A DNA stretch of 63,788 bases, the filler included, from Licmophora abbreviata (lineage: Eukaryota): NCBI GenBank assembly GCA_900291995.1. It is 25 parts of 25 records of this genome, joined end to end, with 100 filler letters (N's around TTAATTAATTAA, not from the genome) between each part and the next. Parts side by side here need not be neighbours in the genome. Positions count along the whole stretch, not along the records: positions 32,286 to 33,314 come from OLMU01006264.1; positions 33,415 to 34,993 come from OLMU01006265.1; positions 35,094 to 36,612 come from OLMU01006267.1; positions 36,713 to 38,412 come from OLMU01006268.1; positions 38,513 to 40,841 come from OLMU01006269.1; positions 40,942 to 42,698 come from OLMU01006271.1; positions 42,799 to 44,292 come from OLMU01006273.1; 18 more parts are not named here. One strand, written 5' to 3'. Position numbers and translations under genes: made by a program. Shown one piece after another: positions 32,286 through 44,392 of the stretch. Numbering within the stretch: position 1 is the first letter of the stretch; each line of letters opens with the position of its first letter. The notes under the pieces are model-generated. The model did no database searches. It saw nothing but the letters and a program-made list of their open reading frames with translations, and had not been told where the DNA came from.

Positions 32286-33314
32286 CACGTGGTGAATTTC
32301 AATATCTGTATTCTGACAGCCTAAACCGCGCACTTATAGAATAAGAAACGACTCGATTGCAATCTTAAAGAGTACTTTTTTAAAAGACTTTCTGTATCAG
32401 GTTGTTGGAATTGATTTTCCAACAAAAAAATTTTGTTCATTTGGGAAATTTCATGCACAGACGGTAAACTAAAACTACGACCACTAGGCGAGTTTGCGCT
32501 AACATTAATAGTAAAAACATTTAAAGCCCATTTTAGATTTTTTTTATGTTTTCTAGCTAAAGTTTTTAAACAACTCATTCGCAAAGTCCTGATAATATTT
32601 TTTGCAGAAATAAAATTGTCAGCACAGCGAAACCAGTTTAAGTAACCTCTAATTAAAATATTATAGAAATGGATAATTTCGTAATCATTAAGATAAATCA
32701 ACTTAGGCATAGATAAAGGAAAATTACGCTTTACGCTGTAAAATCCTAAACCAGCAAGTTCAGAATAAAAATTTTTGATATTAAAACGAATAGATATTCG
32801 TCGAGATCTTGTAATTTCCATCGTACGTAGACTTAACAACTCAGCAGTACGAGCGAATTCTCTCTCACTGATTTTAGAAAAAGGAGATTTATTGAAAACT
32901 TTTAAAGATTGTTTTTTTTGATACAGCTTTATAGCTTCAATTTTAGCATTTTCTCTGGTTTTGTCTTTAACAGAATCTTCAATCGCTTTTAATTCAGCCA
33001 AAAATTTATCACGAGCTTTAATGACTTTTGAAATCTCAGCAGTTGAAGTGAAGTTCTCTTTAAAAGGCTCTAACTCTTTAAAATTTTCTTCCCACACTTT
33101 AAGTGAAATATCGATATTTTTAGAAAATAAATCTTTAAAATGCTGCGTAAATCTACGCAAAGCTAAGTTTGTGTCTGATGCGTTTGAAAATGGAGAGGAA
33201 TTTTCAAAAATATCTTTAAGGTTTTTATTTATAAAATTTTTAACTAATACTATATCAGTATTTTTATTTTTTTTTAAATTTAACTTTTCATACATATTCT
33301 GTAGATAATTCAAA
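32286..33314 (-). mobile_element. Group II intron maturase X domain and start of Zn-finger/HNH (probably continues 33415-34834)
   Basis: YNILIRGYLNWFRCADN, SCLKTLARKHK; shifted frame gives CAVxGCQNTDIEIHHV. Confidence 0.85.
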
Positions 33315-33414
33315 NNNNNNNNNNNNNNNNNNNNNNNNNNNNNNNNNNNNNNNNNNNNTTAATTAATTAANNNNNNNNNNNNNNNNNNNNNNNNNNNNNN
33401 NNNNNNNNNNNNNN

Positions 33415-34834
33415 ATTTAGCGGTACTTTTAATTTTATTAGACTTAATTCTAGCTTTGTTTTTAATTGAAGATAAATAAACATTAAAACCTAAGAATTTA
33501 ACAGCTCCCTTGTCTCGGCTTGTTAAAGACACGTCGTGAACTTTTAGTCGAAGGTCACTTTTGATAAAAGTTGCAATTTCAGTTGCAATTTTTAAGGTAA
33601 AATCTCTTGGGCCAGTAATACCTAGAATAAAATCATCTGCGTATCTTACATATGATATCTGACGCAAGTTTTTATTTTCACCTCTAGTAGACCCATATTT
33701 TTTAAAAAATTGCAAACGATCTTTTTTGTATAAAGCTAAAACAAGCTCTGAAGAACCACACTCAGTAAGAGTTCTGGCAAGACCATTTTTAGTTCTAAAT
33801 TTACGGACAAATTGTTCATATTTATTACGAACAGAAGAATTCCATCCTGAAGCAGCATTTGTTACGTAATATTTAACTTTTAACGCTTCTACAAAGTTAT
33901 CTAACTCAGTCATATAAACATTATATAGAAAAGGAGAAAGGACGCTACCTTGAAAAACACCGAGATCAACTATTTCTGCTTTCATTAATTTATCAATTTC
34001 ACTCCAAATACGATTATCAGGACAGTATTTTAAAAATATATTTTTTAAACGATTACGATTAACAGTATCAAAAGCTTTCACAGTATCAAATTTTATAAAC
34101 CAGCTAAGATTTGTAGGCCAACTTTTTATTACATGAAATGCTCCATGTGCAGATCTGGATGGTCTAAAACCAAAACTAAATCTACTAAAAACAGGAGGAG
34201 TTATCCAAGCTTTTTTAAAATAGCCTGATTTATTTCTAACAACGGTAGTATTGCTCTCGTTTTTCTTTATAAAATCGTATTCAGAACTACTTATGCTTTT
34301 CCACTTAAACTTGCCTTCAAATGTAGGTTCTATAGCATTTAAAATAGATCTTTCAATTATTTTAATTTGCGGCGATGTTAGTGTTAAAAGTCGACTATCT
34401 GTCGATCCGGGTTTTTTTGGAATGAAAACGTGACGCATTTTTGGGTAAACAAATAAATCTTTAAGTAGTATATTGCTAAAGGTTCTAAACCATTTTAAGT
34501 TAATGCCCTGTAAGGTTTCCTTTCCTTGGCCTGGTGTTAAATTTTCAGGTTTAGATTTTATTTGGCCATATGCTACTAACAGACTTTCCGTGCTGAAAGC
34601 GGCTTTATATAAAATTGACTTATTGTCTTCAATTTCATTCATTTTTTCGATAGATAATATTGTGTCATGTGAGACTGAACAAGTTTTGTTAAAAATCAAA
34701 CTACCTGTTAAGCTGGAGTGCTCACTTTTTTCTACTATAACAGGCACAAGATCGCCTGACTGTGGGACATTCGTAGAAAAATCTCGGGTTTTCGGGGCTA
34801 ATACATTATTTAAACGTGTGCCTCTAATCAGCAA
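33415..34834 (-). mobile_element. Group II intron RT, N-terminal part, degenerate
   Basis: SFGFRPSRSAH, KAFDTVNR, QGSVLSPFLYNVY, YVRYADDFILG, FLGF. Confidence 0.9.
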
Positions 34835-35093
34835 TGTTTTTTTCGTATTTTCTCATTAATACTACTACCTATAAGATAACAATAATTAAATGCGTAAGTT
34901 GATGTTGTTTGGTGTATCGTTCGTACAGGTTTAATACAGTTACTAGCTAAGGTATAAAACCTTAATTGCTTAAAGATTAATGAAGATCTACCTNNNNNNN
35001 NNNNNNNNNNNNNNNNNNNNNNNNNNNNNNNNNNNNNTTAATTAATTAANNNNNNNNNNNNNNNNNNNNNNNNNNNNNNNNNNNNNNNNNNNN

Positions 35094-36612
35094 TTATGTC
35101 TTCATGACATTTTTTATTATACTAATATTTGAGTACGGTTGTATGGTCGCTCTAATATGTTCGAACCTGTCCTTGTTTCTTACGTTGCTTAAGCTGTTGT
35201 TATGGTGAAGTGCTATCATGTCAGTTTCTCCGCAGATGCTGCACTTATTCTAAATTTTGAATTTGGTCCGCCAGTGTTTCTCTATTCTGAATGTATCTCG
35301 CATGGGCGGCTTAACATATCTTAGTGGTGTTTCTGTTTTTTTACGTAAGGTCGTCAGATCGAGGAATCTTACGGTTCTTTGTTTCTCTTTCTTTATTTCT
35401 TTTATATTTGTTCTAATCAACATATTTTTACCGTACTTGGAAAATAATTTTTTCATACTCATCTTCTTCCTCCTCGCTAAAGTTCGAGCGCATGAATATT
35501 GAAGTATGTAAGATACGTATGAGAGTCTAGTTAGTTTTTCGCATGGTGCATAATAGTTAAAGATACTCCTAAATACTTGGGCGTACTTTTGAACTATTTG
35601 AAACTCTTCGTATACTATCCAACTCGGTTTCGCTCTTGGTTCGCAATCGTCGTTACAAAACTTCAGCAATTTTAAACGGTCTAAAATTCTTTTGCTGTCA
35701 GGTTCTATAGTTAATTGTCTTGAGGTTATTCGTTTAAAGGCTCTTGAATAAAAACCCTTTGAATTTCTTTGTAAAACTCTTGTTAGTTTGGTTTTTAATG
35801 TATTCAAGCGAACTTCGAATCCTAAGAATTTGTAACCGTCCGAAACATGAGTAATACTCGTTTTCTCTTCGTCGAGTTCCATTTTCCTGTGGGTTCGTAA
35901 AAAATCCGCAATTTTTTGTTTTACCACTTCCGCTTCCCTTTTTTTACAATTTAAGAGCAAGACCCAATCATCAGCGTATCGTACGAAGACCGCTCCTTTT
36001 TCGAGTCTCTCGGTGTCCACGTAAGAAGTATTGATACGAATAGATCGTAACCGTTTAAATTCCTTAGTTGCTTTTTTTATTTCTGTTTCTAATTTTTTTT
36101 CTGATTTAATGTTTTTTAATTTTTTAAGTGCTTGAGAGGTCTTGTATTTGATTTTACTGTAAGCTTTTGACTCCACGTCACTACTTTTTCCTTCATTTTT
36201 ATCCAGCACTGGCTTTATAAAGTTTTCGTGCACGTATTGGTCAAATCCTAATAAGTAAATATTAAACAGCAGAAGAGAAACAATACCTCCTTGAGGCGTT
36301 TCTGTTATATAGCGTTCATATTTTTTTTGATCCATTACCCCGCTATTAAACATTTTTTAATAAGGTATAGGAAGTTTTTGTCTTTTATGCGTTGTTTTAG
36401 TATATCTAGAAGGATGTCATTGTCCACGTGATTATATGCAGACACAATATCTCCTTTGATAACAACCGTAGGTTTTCTTGAATAACGTTCGAGTTTTTCC
36501 ATGGCCGACCAAGTGGATAACCTAGGTCGGAATCCATAATTGTTGCATAGATCTTTTGTTTTTTCACCCCATTCTCTGAAAACGGGTTCGTACTGAGACT
36601 CCAAGGCACACA
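35094..36612 (-). mobile_element. Group II intron RT/maturase pseudogene
   Basis: NYGFRP, PQGGIVS, FVRYADDW, SCARTLARR; frameshift near 36350; TAG at 35250-35252 just before CSICG...ALHH. Confidence 0.9.
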
Positions 36613-37052
36613 NNNNNNNNNNNNNNNNNNNNNNNNNNNNNNNNNNNNNNNNNNNNTTAATTAATTAANNNNNNNNNNNNNNNNNNNNNNNNNNNNNNNN
36701 NNNNNNNNNNNNGTCGTCTTCCAATACGATGTCGTTAATCGCGAGGTGGCGCACAGACGCACAGACACGGTCGCCCTTCGCCAACGCACGCTAGAATGTC
36801 ATGACCTTTGGAGATTTCTGTACATATCCAGTTTTTAATTCTATATAACACTCCCAACGCATTTGCACTTAGCTGCTCACAAATTGGATCAAGACACCAT
36901 TTCATTCGAGTATGACAAAGGCGTTGTGTCACATGCCCCCCCCCCCCCCCACTCCTTCCTATCAGACGGCGTGCAACAGGACGGAAGTGCTCAGTCTATT
37001 GTAACAAGAGGGCACTGCAAAAAATCCTCTTGTATTGATTCAAATTGCCGCG

Positions 37053-37793
37053 ATGCGTCAGCTCGCACTCTTCGTCGGTGCGCTGTGGCTTACCTTGGTC
37101 TCGTCCGACGTGACGCTTAGAGGTCATAGAAGGTCAAATCGAAAAGAAAGCACCAGGGACAACGGCACACTTGTCCGGAGAACCTTGAAGAAGACTAAGG
37201 CAAAGAGCTCGAAAAGGGGCCCCAAAGCGCCGAAAGGGAAAAAAGGGCAAAAGTCACCAACAGTCTCTCCCCCCAATGCGGCGCCATTCGCTTCACCGAT
37301 TTGGTGGGCACCCAATGCGCCGGTGTCATATCCGACGATAGCGAAAGGAAAAAAGGGCCACAAGTCACCAACCGTCGCGGCTCCCCATTCGGCCCCGTAC
37401 GCGAAGTTGTCAAAAGGGAAGAAGAGTCCCAAGTCGCCCACCGGCACTAGTCCGCATGCTGCTCCGTCCACAGTGGTTTCGAAAGGAAAGAAACAGGCAA
37501 AGTCACCAGTATGGTTGGCTCCAAGCAGTCCCGTCTCTCCAACTGCTCCATTCGCATCGCACAGAGGCTCGAAGAAAGATTCCAAGGCAAGCAGTGCCAA
37601 AGCCCCATCGACGGCCTCATCGAAGGGCAAGAAGAACTCCTTGTCGAAGGGAGCTTCAAACGATGTAGATCTTCATGCAGGAAGAATAGAATCCGATAAG
37701 GGAAACGGCGGTGCTGCAGGAACTCGCCATAGGGCACCGCGTCATCCGGGGAAGCGGCTTCCTAGAAAGCGTCACGGTACCAGGGACGGGTAG
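37053..37793 (+). CDS. Secreted Lys/Ser/Pro-rich repeat protein, silaffin-like
   Basis: Signal peptide, LRG, RTL (RXL) site, repeated KGKKxxKSP and KxxK motifs. Confidence 0.6.
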   Translation: MRQLALFVGALWLTLVSSDVTLRGHRRSNRKESTRDNGTLVRRTLKKTKAKSSKRGPKAPKGKKGQKSPTVSPPNAAPFASPIWWAPNAPVSYPTIAKGKKGHKSPTVAAPHSAPYAKLSKGKKSPKSPTGTSPHAAPSTVVSKGKKQAKSPVWLAPSSPVSPTAPFASHRGSKKDSKASSAKAPSTASSKGKKNSLSKGASNDVDLHAGRIESDKGNGGAAGTRHRAPRHPGKRLPRKRHGTRDG

Positions 37794-38127
37794 ACGACAG
37801 ATCTAAAGTGGGAAGGAGAGATAGCCAAATGTAATAACAGGAAGCTCTTACAATGAATGCCGTGTAATGTCGATGTGAATGATTTCGTATCTTTTCCTGG
37901 ACTACGAAGAAGAGAGGGCCGACAGGATGAGTTTTGGTCTCATGAATATAGTGAGGATCGAACTCGATCGAGGCTTTGTCACATTCATCAGGGGAAGTCT
38001 CGCGCCGGCGCCGCGCGTCATCACATCACAGATCTCTCGTCGCGGTCATTGCATCTCACATCAGTCACAGTCGAAACAATAGCGACATCACAGCGACGGC
38101 ATAGGCAACGAATATGCCAACTCGTCA

Positions 38128-38412
38128 ATGGATGTATTGGTATTGCCACAGAAAACGACGTGCGCCATGAGGAGAATCGTCGTGGGAATCCTGACTTTGT
38201 CTGGTTGCATCTTTCTGGTACGGTTCATCACGGACAGTAGGCCGAAGAACACAAACAACACCAGTGCATCATCAGGATCTTCGCCGATGACCGGCGGCCT
38301 CGCCATCAACAGCAGCGACTCTCAACGCCTATTACAGCAAGGCCAGAAGCTAAGCATCTTGACTTTTGGAGGATCGACAACGTGGGGCGCAGAACTTGCA
38401 TCGAAGAAAGAG
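38128..38412 (+). CDS. SGNH-hydrolase-like membrane-anchored protein, 5' part
   Basis: TM anchor then ILTFGGSTTWG block I. Confidence 0.6.
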
Positions 38413-38512
38413 NNNNNNNNNNNNNNNNNNNNNNNNNNNNNNNNNNNNNNNNNNNNTTAATTAATTAANNNNNNNNNNNNNNNNNNNNNNNNNNNNNNNN
38501 NNNNNNNNNNNN

Positions 38513-39480
38513 ACCGATCCGACAATCTCGCGATTCGGGCCAGCTCCGCACTATGGCCGGCAACGTGCTTGCAAAGTCTCGTGGCTGAGGTGGGCACTGA
38601 GGAGCTGGATTACGACGTAGTTCTCTTAGAATTCTCCATCACAGGCTTGACAGGGGTGAATATGTTGCTGCAACGACTGCTACACCGGTATCCCGACGCG
38701 CTTGTTATCTACATCGACTTGTACTCGAATCGACGACCGGGTTGGTCTAATTGTGTCGGAGAAAAGTGCCGCACGAGTTCTGCTAAGCAACAAGGTTTGC
38801 ATGAGCTCATCTCTTCGTTCGGGGGGCATTTTCTGGAGATGCCTCGACCAACGGACCCGATGAACTATGCCGAAGTTTTAAGGTACTTCGCGAACGACCA
38901 TCACCACCTGTCGTCGATCGGGCATGAATGGGTAGCACAGCAGATCCGTTCCTTGTTGGACAACAGGCATGCGCATCAGCCACAAGTTAGACGTAAGGGA
39001 GACTGGAGGGAGGGTGATGTGTGTGCCAACTGGTTCTCGACTGGAACTATACCAGAGTCTTACCACCTATCCGGAGGTGAGATGGTCGAATTCTCCGCTG
39101 AAAAATATGCATACGAGATTAGTGACGAAGCACGGGTCGTGATCACGGCGAATTTACAACAGGAGACACCTCTCGTTGCTGTTTTTATGACCAAGGGGGA
39201 TCCCTCGTTGTATCCAATGGTCCTTGTAGAAGTCGACAATCAGTCGCCTGTGGTTGTCAATCCAAAGAATCGCAGATGGTCCCACGAGCATGTGACTTGG
39301 ACTCAGAGCGTTGGGGTGGCACAGAAAGAAGCAAACACGCTGAACCTGAAGGTTCTTGAGAAGAAGGAACTTCCTTTTCGGTTGGTGGGACTAGTGATGT
39401 GCGCGGCTTGCCAGGCGCTCGACTATGACTTGACCAAGTCATGTCGACATCTGGGGTGCATTCATACCGTGGGGGACTGA
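38513..39480 (+). CDS. SGNH-hydrolase-like protein, 3' part (probably same gene as 38128)
   Basis: NLAIRA, YDVVLLEF, DHHHLSSIGH (DxxH). Confidence 0.65.
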
Positions 39481-39518
39481 CGCGACGGGCCTTGGGCAGT
39501 CAACCGGTATCTATTAAT

Positions 39519-40841
39519 CTACACAGATGGCACAAGCTCAAATCCATCAATTTCCGTCGCATCTGGGGTCACAGGTGGTGAGTACTCCCGCAGCAAGCCC
39601 TCGGTGCTCGACGAGAGTATCACGCGTACAGGGTCGTACAATGCATCGTCAAGCAGTTTCCTGAGAAGCTGCTCCGGCGTAACCCTGACCTTCTCAGTTC
39701 TCACCGTTCCATCGATATTGACTACCTCGACCTCTTCCTCTGTCATCGCATCGCCATTCATTACTAGCTTGAGCAGCGACGGGCTGAAGCCAGCAAGGAG
39801 GATAGTGCCTTCGGTGTCCTTCTGGACAGGATGACCTCCAGTGTTCTGTAGGTTCCAGAACACCGTTGGCTTGGGCTTAAGCTCCAACCAGCCCAGAGTG
39901 TGTCCTGTCGTAGCGAACTCATGCTCAATTGCCTTCTGGACATCTGTCGCCGACGTCTCCGCGAGTCCTCTGTATCGATAATCATAGAACCCGTTTGCAG
40001 CGTCAAACTGCATATCGGAAAAGACAATTAGCATAGGAATTTCCTTCCAATCCAAACGGCTCTTTCGTGCTACGTCGAGGATGAGCCGGTAGGCTGCAAG
40101 AAAGTTCGTTGATCCACCCCATGGTGCGTTCGCCAAGCTTCGCACCTTCTGCACGATAGTATCTGTTTGGACAAGCCGGTGCCACTGTGGCTTAGACTCA
40201 AAAGTCAGGATCATACCCCGAAATGCCTCGTGTGTGATCTCCGAGATAAGAATACCAAGCGCGATAGAAACCTCCATCGGCTGACCGAACATGGAGCCGG
40301 ACACGTCTGACAAAGGTACCATCTCGGTTGGGTTGAAGTCCACTCCATCGCTTTCAGCCTTGGCCTTGACCTGGTCGACGACGGTCTTGACCATGTCTTT
40401 CCACTGAGCGTCAAGGACGATCTCCTGAGATTTAGTGATTTGGCGGCCACGGCTCAGAATTTTATGCACAATCTCGTGCGGCATGACCTGTCCTCCTTTG
40501 GCTCCCTTGTTCACCAAGTGATCGATGAACATCTGAGCTAGACGAATCCGCTTTGGGTCGTCAAACCGACGCTGACCATGTCTGTCTTCGTTTAGGAACG
40601 CATTCGTCAGCCGGAACGTTGCCTTTGATGCAAGCTTGTGGAAGTTGATCTCGTCGGATCGCTTCAGCGAAAGCAGCACTTCGGGAAGCTCAAAGTAGGA
40701 AGTAAGCTCCGCGATTGCATGCCGGTACCTGGCCTTGTCGCGCGACTGCCATGACATCTCACAACGCGGGCTGGTTTCCGGCCAGGCAAGCTTCGCAAAA
40801 CGGTTGACAAAATCTACGCTCTTATCGAACTTGGAACGCTC
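39519..40841 (-). CDS. DUF2828-like vWA-domain protein, 5' truncated
   Basis: DVSGSM MIDAS, WGGSTNF, FSDMQFD, VFWNL, GFSPSLLK. Confidence 0.85.
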   Translation of the reverse strand, partial: ERSKFDKSVDFVNRFAKLAWPETSPRCEMSWQSRDKARYRHAIAELTSYFELPEVLLSLKRSDEINFHKLASKATFRLTNAFLNEDRHGQRRFDDPKRIRLAQMFIDHLVNKGAKGGQVMPHEIVHKILSRGRQITKSQEIVLDAQWKDMVKTVVDQVKAKAESDGVDFNPTEMVPLSDVSGSMFGQPMEVSIALGILISEITHEAFRGMILTFESKPQWHRLVQTDTIVQKVRSLANAPWGGSTNFLAAYRLILDVARKSRLDWKEIPMLIVFSDMQFDAANGFYDYRYRGLAETSATDVQKAIEHEFATTGHTLGWLELKPKPTVFWNLQNTGGHPVQKDTEGTILLAGFSPSLLKLVMNGDAMTEEEVEVVNIDGTVRTEKVRVTPEQLLRKLLDDALYDPVRVILSSSTEGLLREYSPPVTPDATEIDGFELVPSV

Positions 40842-40941
40842 NNNNNNNNNNNNNNNNNNNNNNNNNNNNNNNNNNNNNNNNNNNNTTAATTAATTAANNN
40901 NNNNNNNNNNNNNNNNNNNNNNNNNNNNNNNNNNNNNNNNN

Positions 40942-41566
40942 GGTGGGCGATTCTGATATCGACAGGTGGCCTAAATCTCTTTTTCCATCCGTGGAGGGAC
41001 AATCCATACGGGTTGCCGCCAATGGCTGTGGCGGAGCGACCATGGAAGGCATCATCCCTGTACTTCAAATGTCCCTTACGGAAGCAACGTCACAGTACGG
41101 ACCTCCTAAAACAACGGTTGTGGTGGCGTGTGCGGGAGAGAACGATATTGGATCCGGCAACACGATTGACGATACCCTGACTGCGTTTCAGCGTTTTTGC
41201 CAGGCATACTTTCTGGACGAGACGACGCACGTATCATCTCGGCATCTGATCTTTCTTGGTCCAAAGCTAGAACCATGGCTAGACGACGACGCGGGCTCCA
41301 GAAAGCAATATATCAAACTGTGCAAGGCGCTTGCCCGAGCTTGCCGGATACACGAGTTTTCAGATTGCATCTGTTACGTTGACTGTCTGACTATGTTCTG
41401 TGGGGATACGGCGACAGTTCCAGGAGCTGCTCTGGGTGGGAAAGGCAAGGCAGACCCCCGATATTTCCACGACGACAAGCTGCACTTGAGCGGCGTCGGC
41501 TATCGGGTATGGAAAGAAGTTGTGGAAAAGCACATAGAGGAGATATTGAAAGAGAGAAAGGCATAA
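40942..41566 (+). CDS. SGNH/GDSL hydrolase, 5' truncated
   Basis: GDSDI, GCGGAT, AGENDI, DKLHLSGVGY. Confidence 0.85.
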
Positions 41567-41574
41567 TCGACAGT

Positions 41575-42375
41575 TTATGACGTCTTCTTTTTCTTCTGCT
41601 CTTCCATAAAAGCCTTCGTATTCTCGTAGTACAACCAGAACTGGAAGATCAGAGTACCATTGGTCACGACACTCAAAGTGAAGCCTCCTAGAACCGCCCA
41701 GTCCCAGCCGATCTCGTTGATCGTCGTGACGATGCGAATCATCGAGCCACCACAGCTCATAACGTTCGTAATGAGCGATTGTGATCCCGTATGTTTGATA
41801 CGATATGTCTCCCATATCTGGGAGCCACGCGCAAAGAGAAGCATGGGCCAGATAGTGGTCATCAACAGACTCACGTAGTCGAAAGGCAAGTAGAAGCCCG
41901 CTCCGATCAAGTAGAGGATGTAGCCGATAGATGTGAATACGCGGTGACTCATTGAGATTTCCGGATCAGCCTTGTACTCCCACATCAATAGAGCAATGAA
42001 AATGCACTGAATCGTCAGGGCAATGTTTTCACCGAATGCAGTGAAAGGGTACCCATTCCGAATCCCATAGACAGCTGAGTTCGAGCACACAATAATATCA
42101 GTATAGAGCGAACCCACTGTGAATCCAGCAACCGACTTGGAATTTAGAATATTCCTAATGACAGGCGCTTTGTTCAGACACGCTCCGACAATAATTAGAA
42201 TGCCAAGAGCCTTGGCGACGAAGGCCAAAAGGCAATCCATCGATAGAAGTGGCAACTCGGCGAGGCAAATCTGGGGAGATACCTCGTCCGACGGATGTGC
42301 GCCCCAGAGCCATTCGGCGATCGCTTCAACAAGTGGGAGCTTCTCAATCGACGCCATGCTGCGACAATGATCCAA
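41575..42375 (-). CDS. PQ-loop protein, MPDU1/Lec35-like
   Basis: KALGILII..NKAP, PFTAFGE, SQIWETY..KHTGSQSLIT, RIVTT. Confidence 0.85.
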   Translation of the reverse strand: MDHCRSMASIEKLPLVEAIAEWLWGAHPSDEVSPQICLAELPLLSMDCLLAFVAKALGILIIVGACLNKAPVIRNILNSKSVAGFTVGSLYTDIIVCSNSAVYGIRNGYPFTAFGENIALTIQCIFIALLMWEYKADPEISMSHRVFTSIGYILYLIGAGFYLPFDYVSLLMTTIWPMLLFARGSQIWETYRIKHTGSQSLITNVMSCGGSMIRIVTTINEIGWDWAVLGGFTLSVVTNGTLIFQFWLYYENTKAFMEEQKKKKTS

Positions 42376-43069
42376 ATATAGACAACGAAAGGATGATTAT
42401 GACGGCAACCCAACTTGCATGTCGGCATCAACACATCACGAAGACACAGGCATTGTGTAACACAGCACCACGCGTCGCCTTGCCGCGCTCATCATCGTCG
42501 CGAGCTCTGAGAGCCGCAAACAGTCACGAGCTCAAACTACTTTACACCGAAGTCAGTGACGATGATAATACTGTCTGTCGTCCCGTAAACCTCCTCAATG
42601 ACTGTACTATCGCCGATTTGTTTCTCGTAGCACATCAGTTACGGATGGATCCATAGTACTGGCTTTTTAGATGGACGCTAATAATGTTCACGAGCGCANN
42701 NNNNNNNNNNNNNNNNNNNNNNNNNNNNNNNNNNNNNNNNNNTTAATTAATTAANNNNNNNNNNNNNNNNNNNNNNNNNNNNNNNNNNNNNNNNNNNNGC
42801 AAATGGGGGCTTTATACACCAGCCATGCCTGTAATGCCCCATCGTCTCTACTGAAGAAACACGCATGGTTAGTTCTTGCCTTGTTGGCTGCTAGCAATGA
42901 TGGCATCATCAGTCATGGCAGATCGAATGAATCAAATCGACAAAGGCATCAATCAGATTGGACTGCATGATGATGACGTCATCGGATCTTTTCGAAAGAT
43001 CGCATCAGAAAGGTTCGACACATGGGTATCTCAGCACATCACACATCGCCATCATCAGGGAAGTTCAGA

Positions 43070-44292
43070 ATGAGCGTACGAATCCATATCCATGCAGCTC
43101 TTCTGGTCTATATACTGTTAGTGAATTCATTGTGTTTTACTCCCGGGACGCACTCGTTTAGCAGTTTGCGTGTTAATCCAGCGAGAACCGGCCGAATTCT
43201 GACATCCCGAGTCGGCACACGATCAGAGGCAAATTTCCCGTGTCGAAGAGCAGACCGGGCGCTATCCATGTCGAATTCAGAAGATGTTGAGACAAAGGAG
43301 CCTCAGTGGGCCTGGTTATGGACTCTTAGTTTGCCACTATGGCTCACTTATGTCTCGAACCAGTGGAGTCGAAGCTCGCTCTACTACCTCGTCAACTTTT
43401 CAGGCGATGGGGACTCGTTTAGCGCCATGAATGTAGACTTGGACTTTTCTCAGGCGCAGTATGGGTTATTGGCATCGATCGCATTCACATCTCTCTTCGC
43501 CGTGGCTTCACTGGTTGCTGGTGTGGCGTCGGATCGGTACAATCGAAAATTATTGACAATCGCCTCTGTCGCGGCTTGGTCTACTGCAACGATAGGCACC
43601 GGTCTCTCCACATCGTATGAGCAGGTGGTACTTTGGCGCATCGCCATGGGTTTGGCATGTGCCTTTTCGACACCTACGGCCTACACACTGATTCAAGAGA
43701 AGGTTCCCAAGGATCGTGCGGCGTTTGCATCGAGCCTCTACGGATCAGGTGTTGCCTTTGGTGGCGCTTTGGCGTCGTTGTCGATTCTTCTAGACAAAGA
43801 GATTGGCTGGCGAAACGCGCTCTTCACCATTGCAGCATTTGGATTTGGCTCTGCCGGAGTATCAACTTTATTCCTACCAGACGATCCGAAAGAAGACACT
43901 AGTACTGCTGCGGCAACAAGTATCGAGCCTACCGAGAATGCCTCGTCGGTCACGGAAGAGGTACTTGATGTACTCTCTACGGCGCGAGTCAAGTGGCTCT
44001 TTCTAGCGAGTTTCCTCCGTTTCTCTTCGGGTCTGTCGATCGGCGTGTGGACTGCACCATTCTTTCGTGCGGAGTTTGCAGACCGGGTGGCGGAGTATGC
44101 CGTCGCCCAGGCTCTAATCACGGCTGTGTGTGGAATCTCTAGTGGTCTGTTGGGCGGTATTGCAGCAGACCAGCTGGCATTCATGTCAACCGACAAGACA
44201 GACCCAGTCGGTGTCAAGCTGTGGATACCGGTTGTGGGGAATCTCCTTGCTATCCCTACTTTTTATTATGCTGTTCATTCTGGTGGATCATT
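43070..44292 (+). CDS. MFS transporter (Spinster-like), probably plastid-targeted, 3' truncated
   Basis: Signal + SLC|FTP; YVSNQWSR, GVASDRYNRK motif A, multiple TM segments. Confidence 0.8.
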
Positions 44293-44392
44293 NNNNNNNN
44301 NNNNNNNNNNNNNNNNNNNNNNNNNNNNNNNNNNNNTTAATTAATTAANNNNNNNNNNNNNNNNNNNNNNNNNNNNNNNNNNNNNNNNNNNN

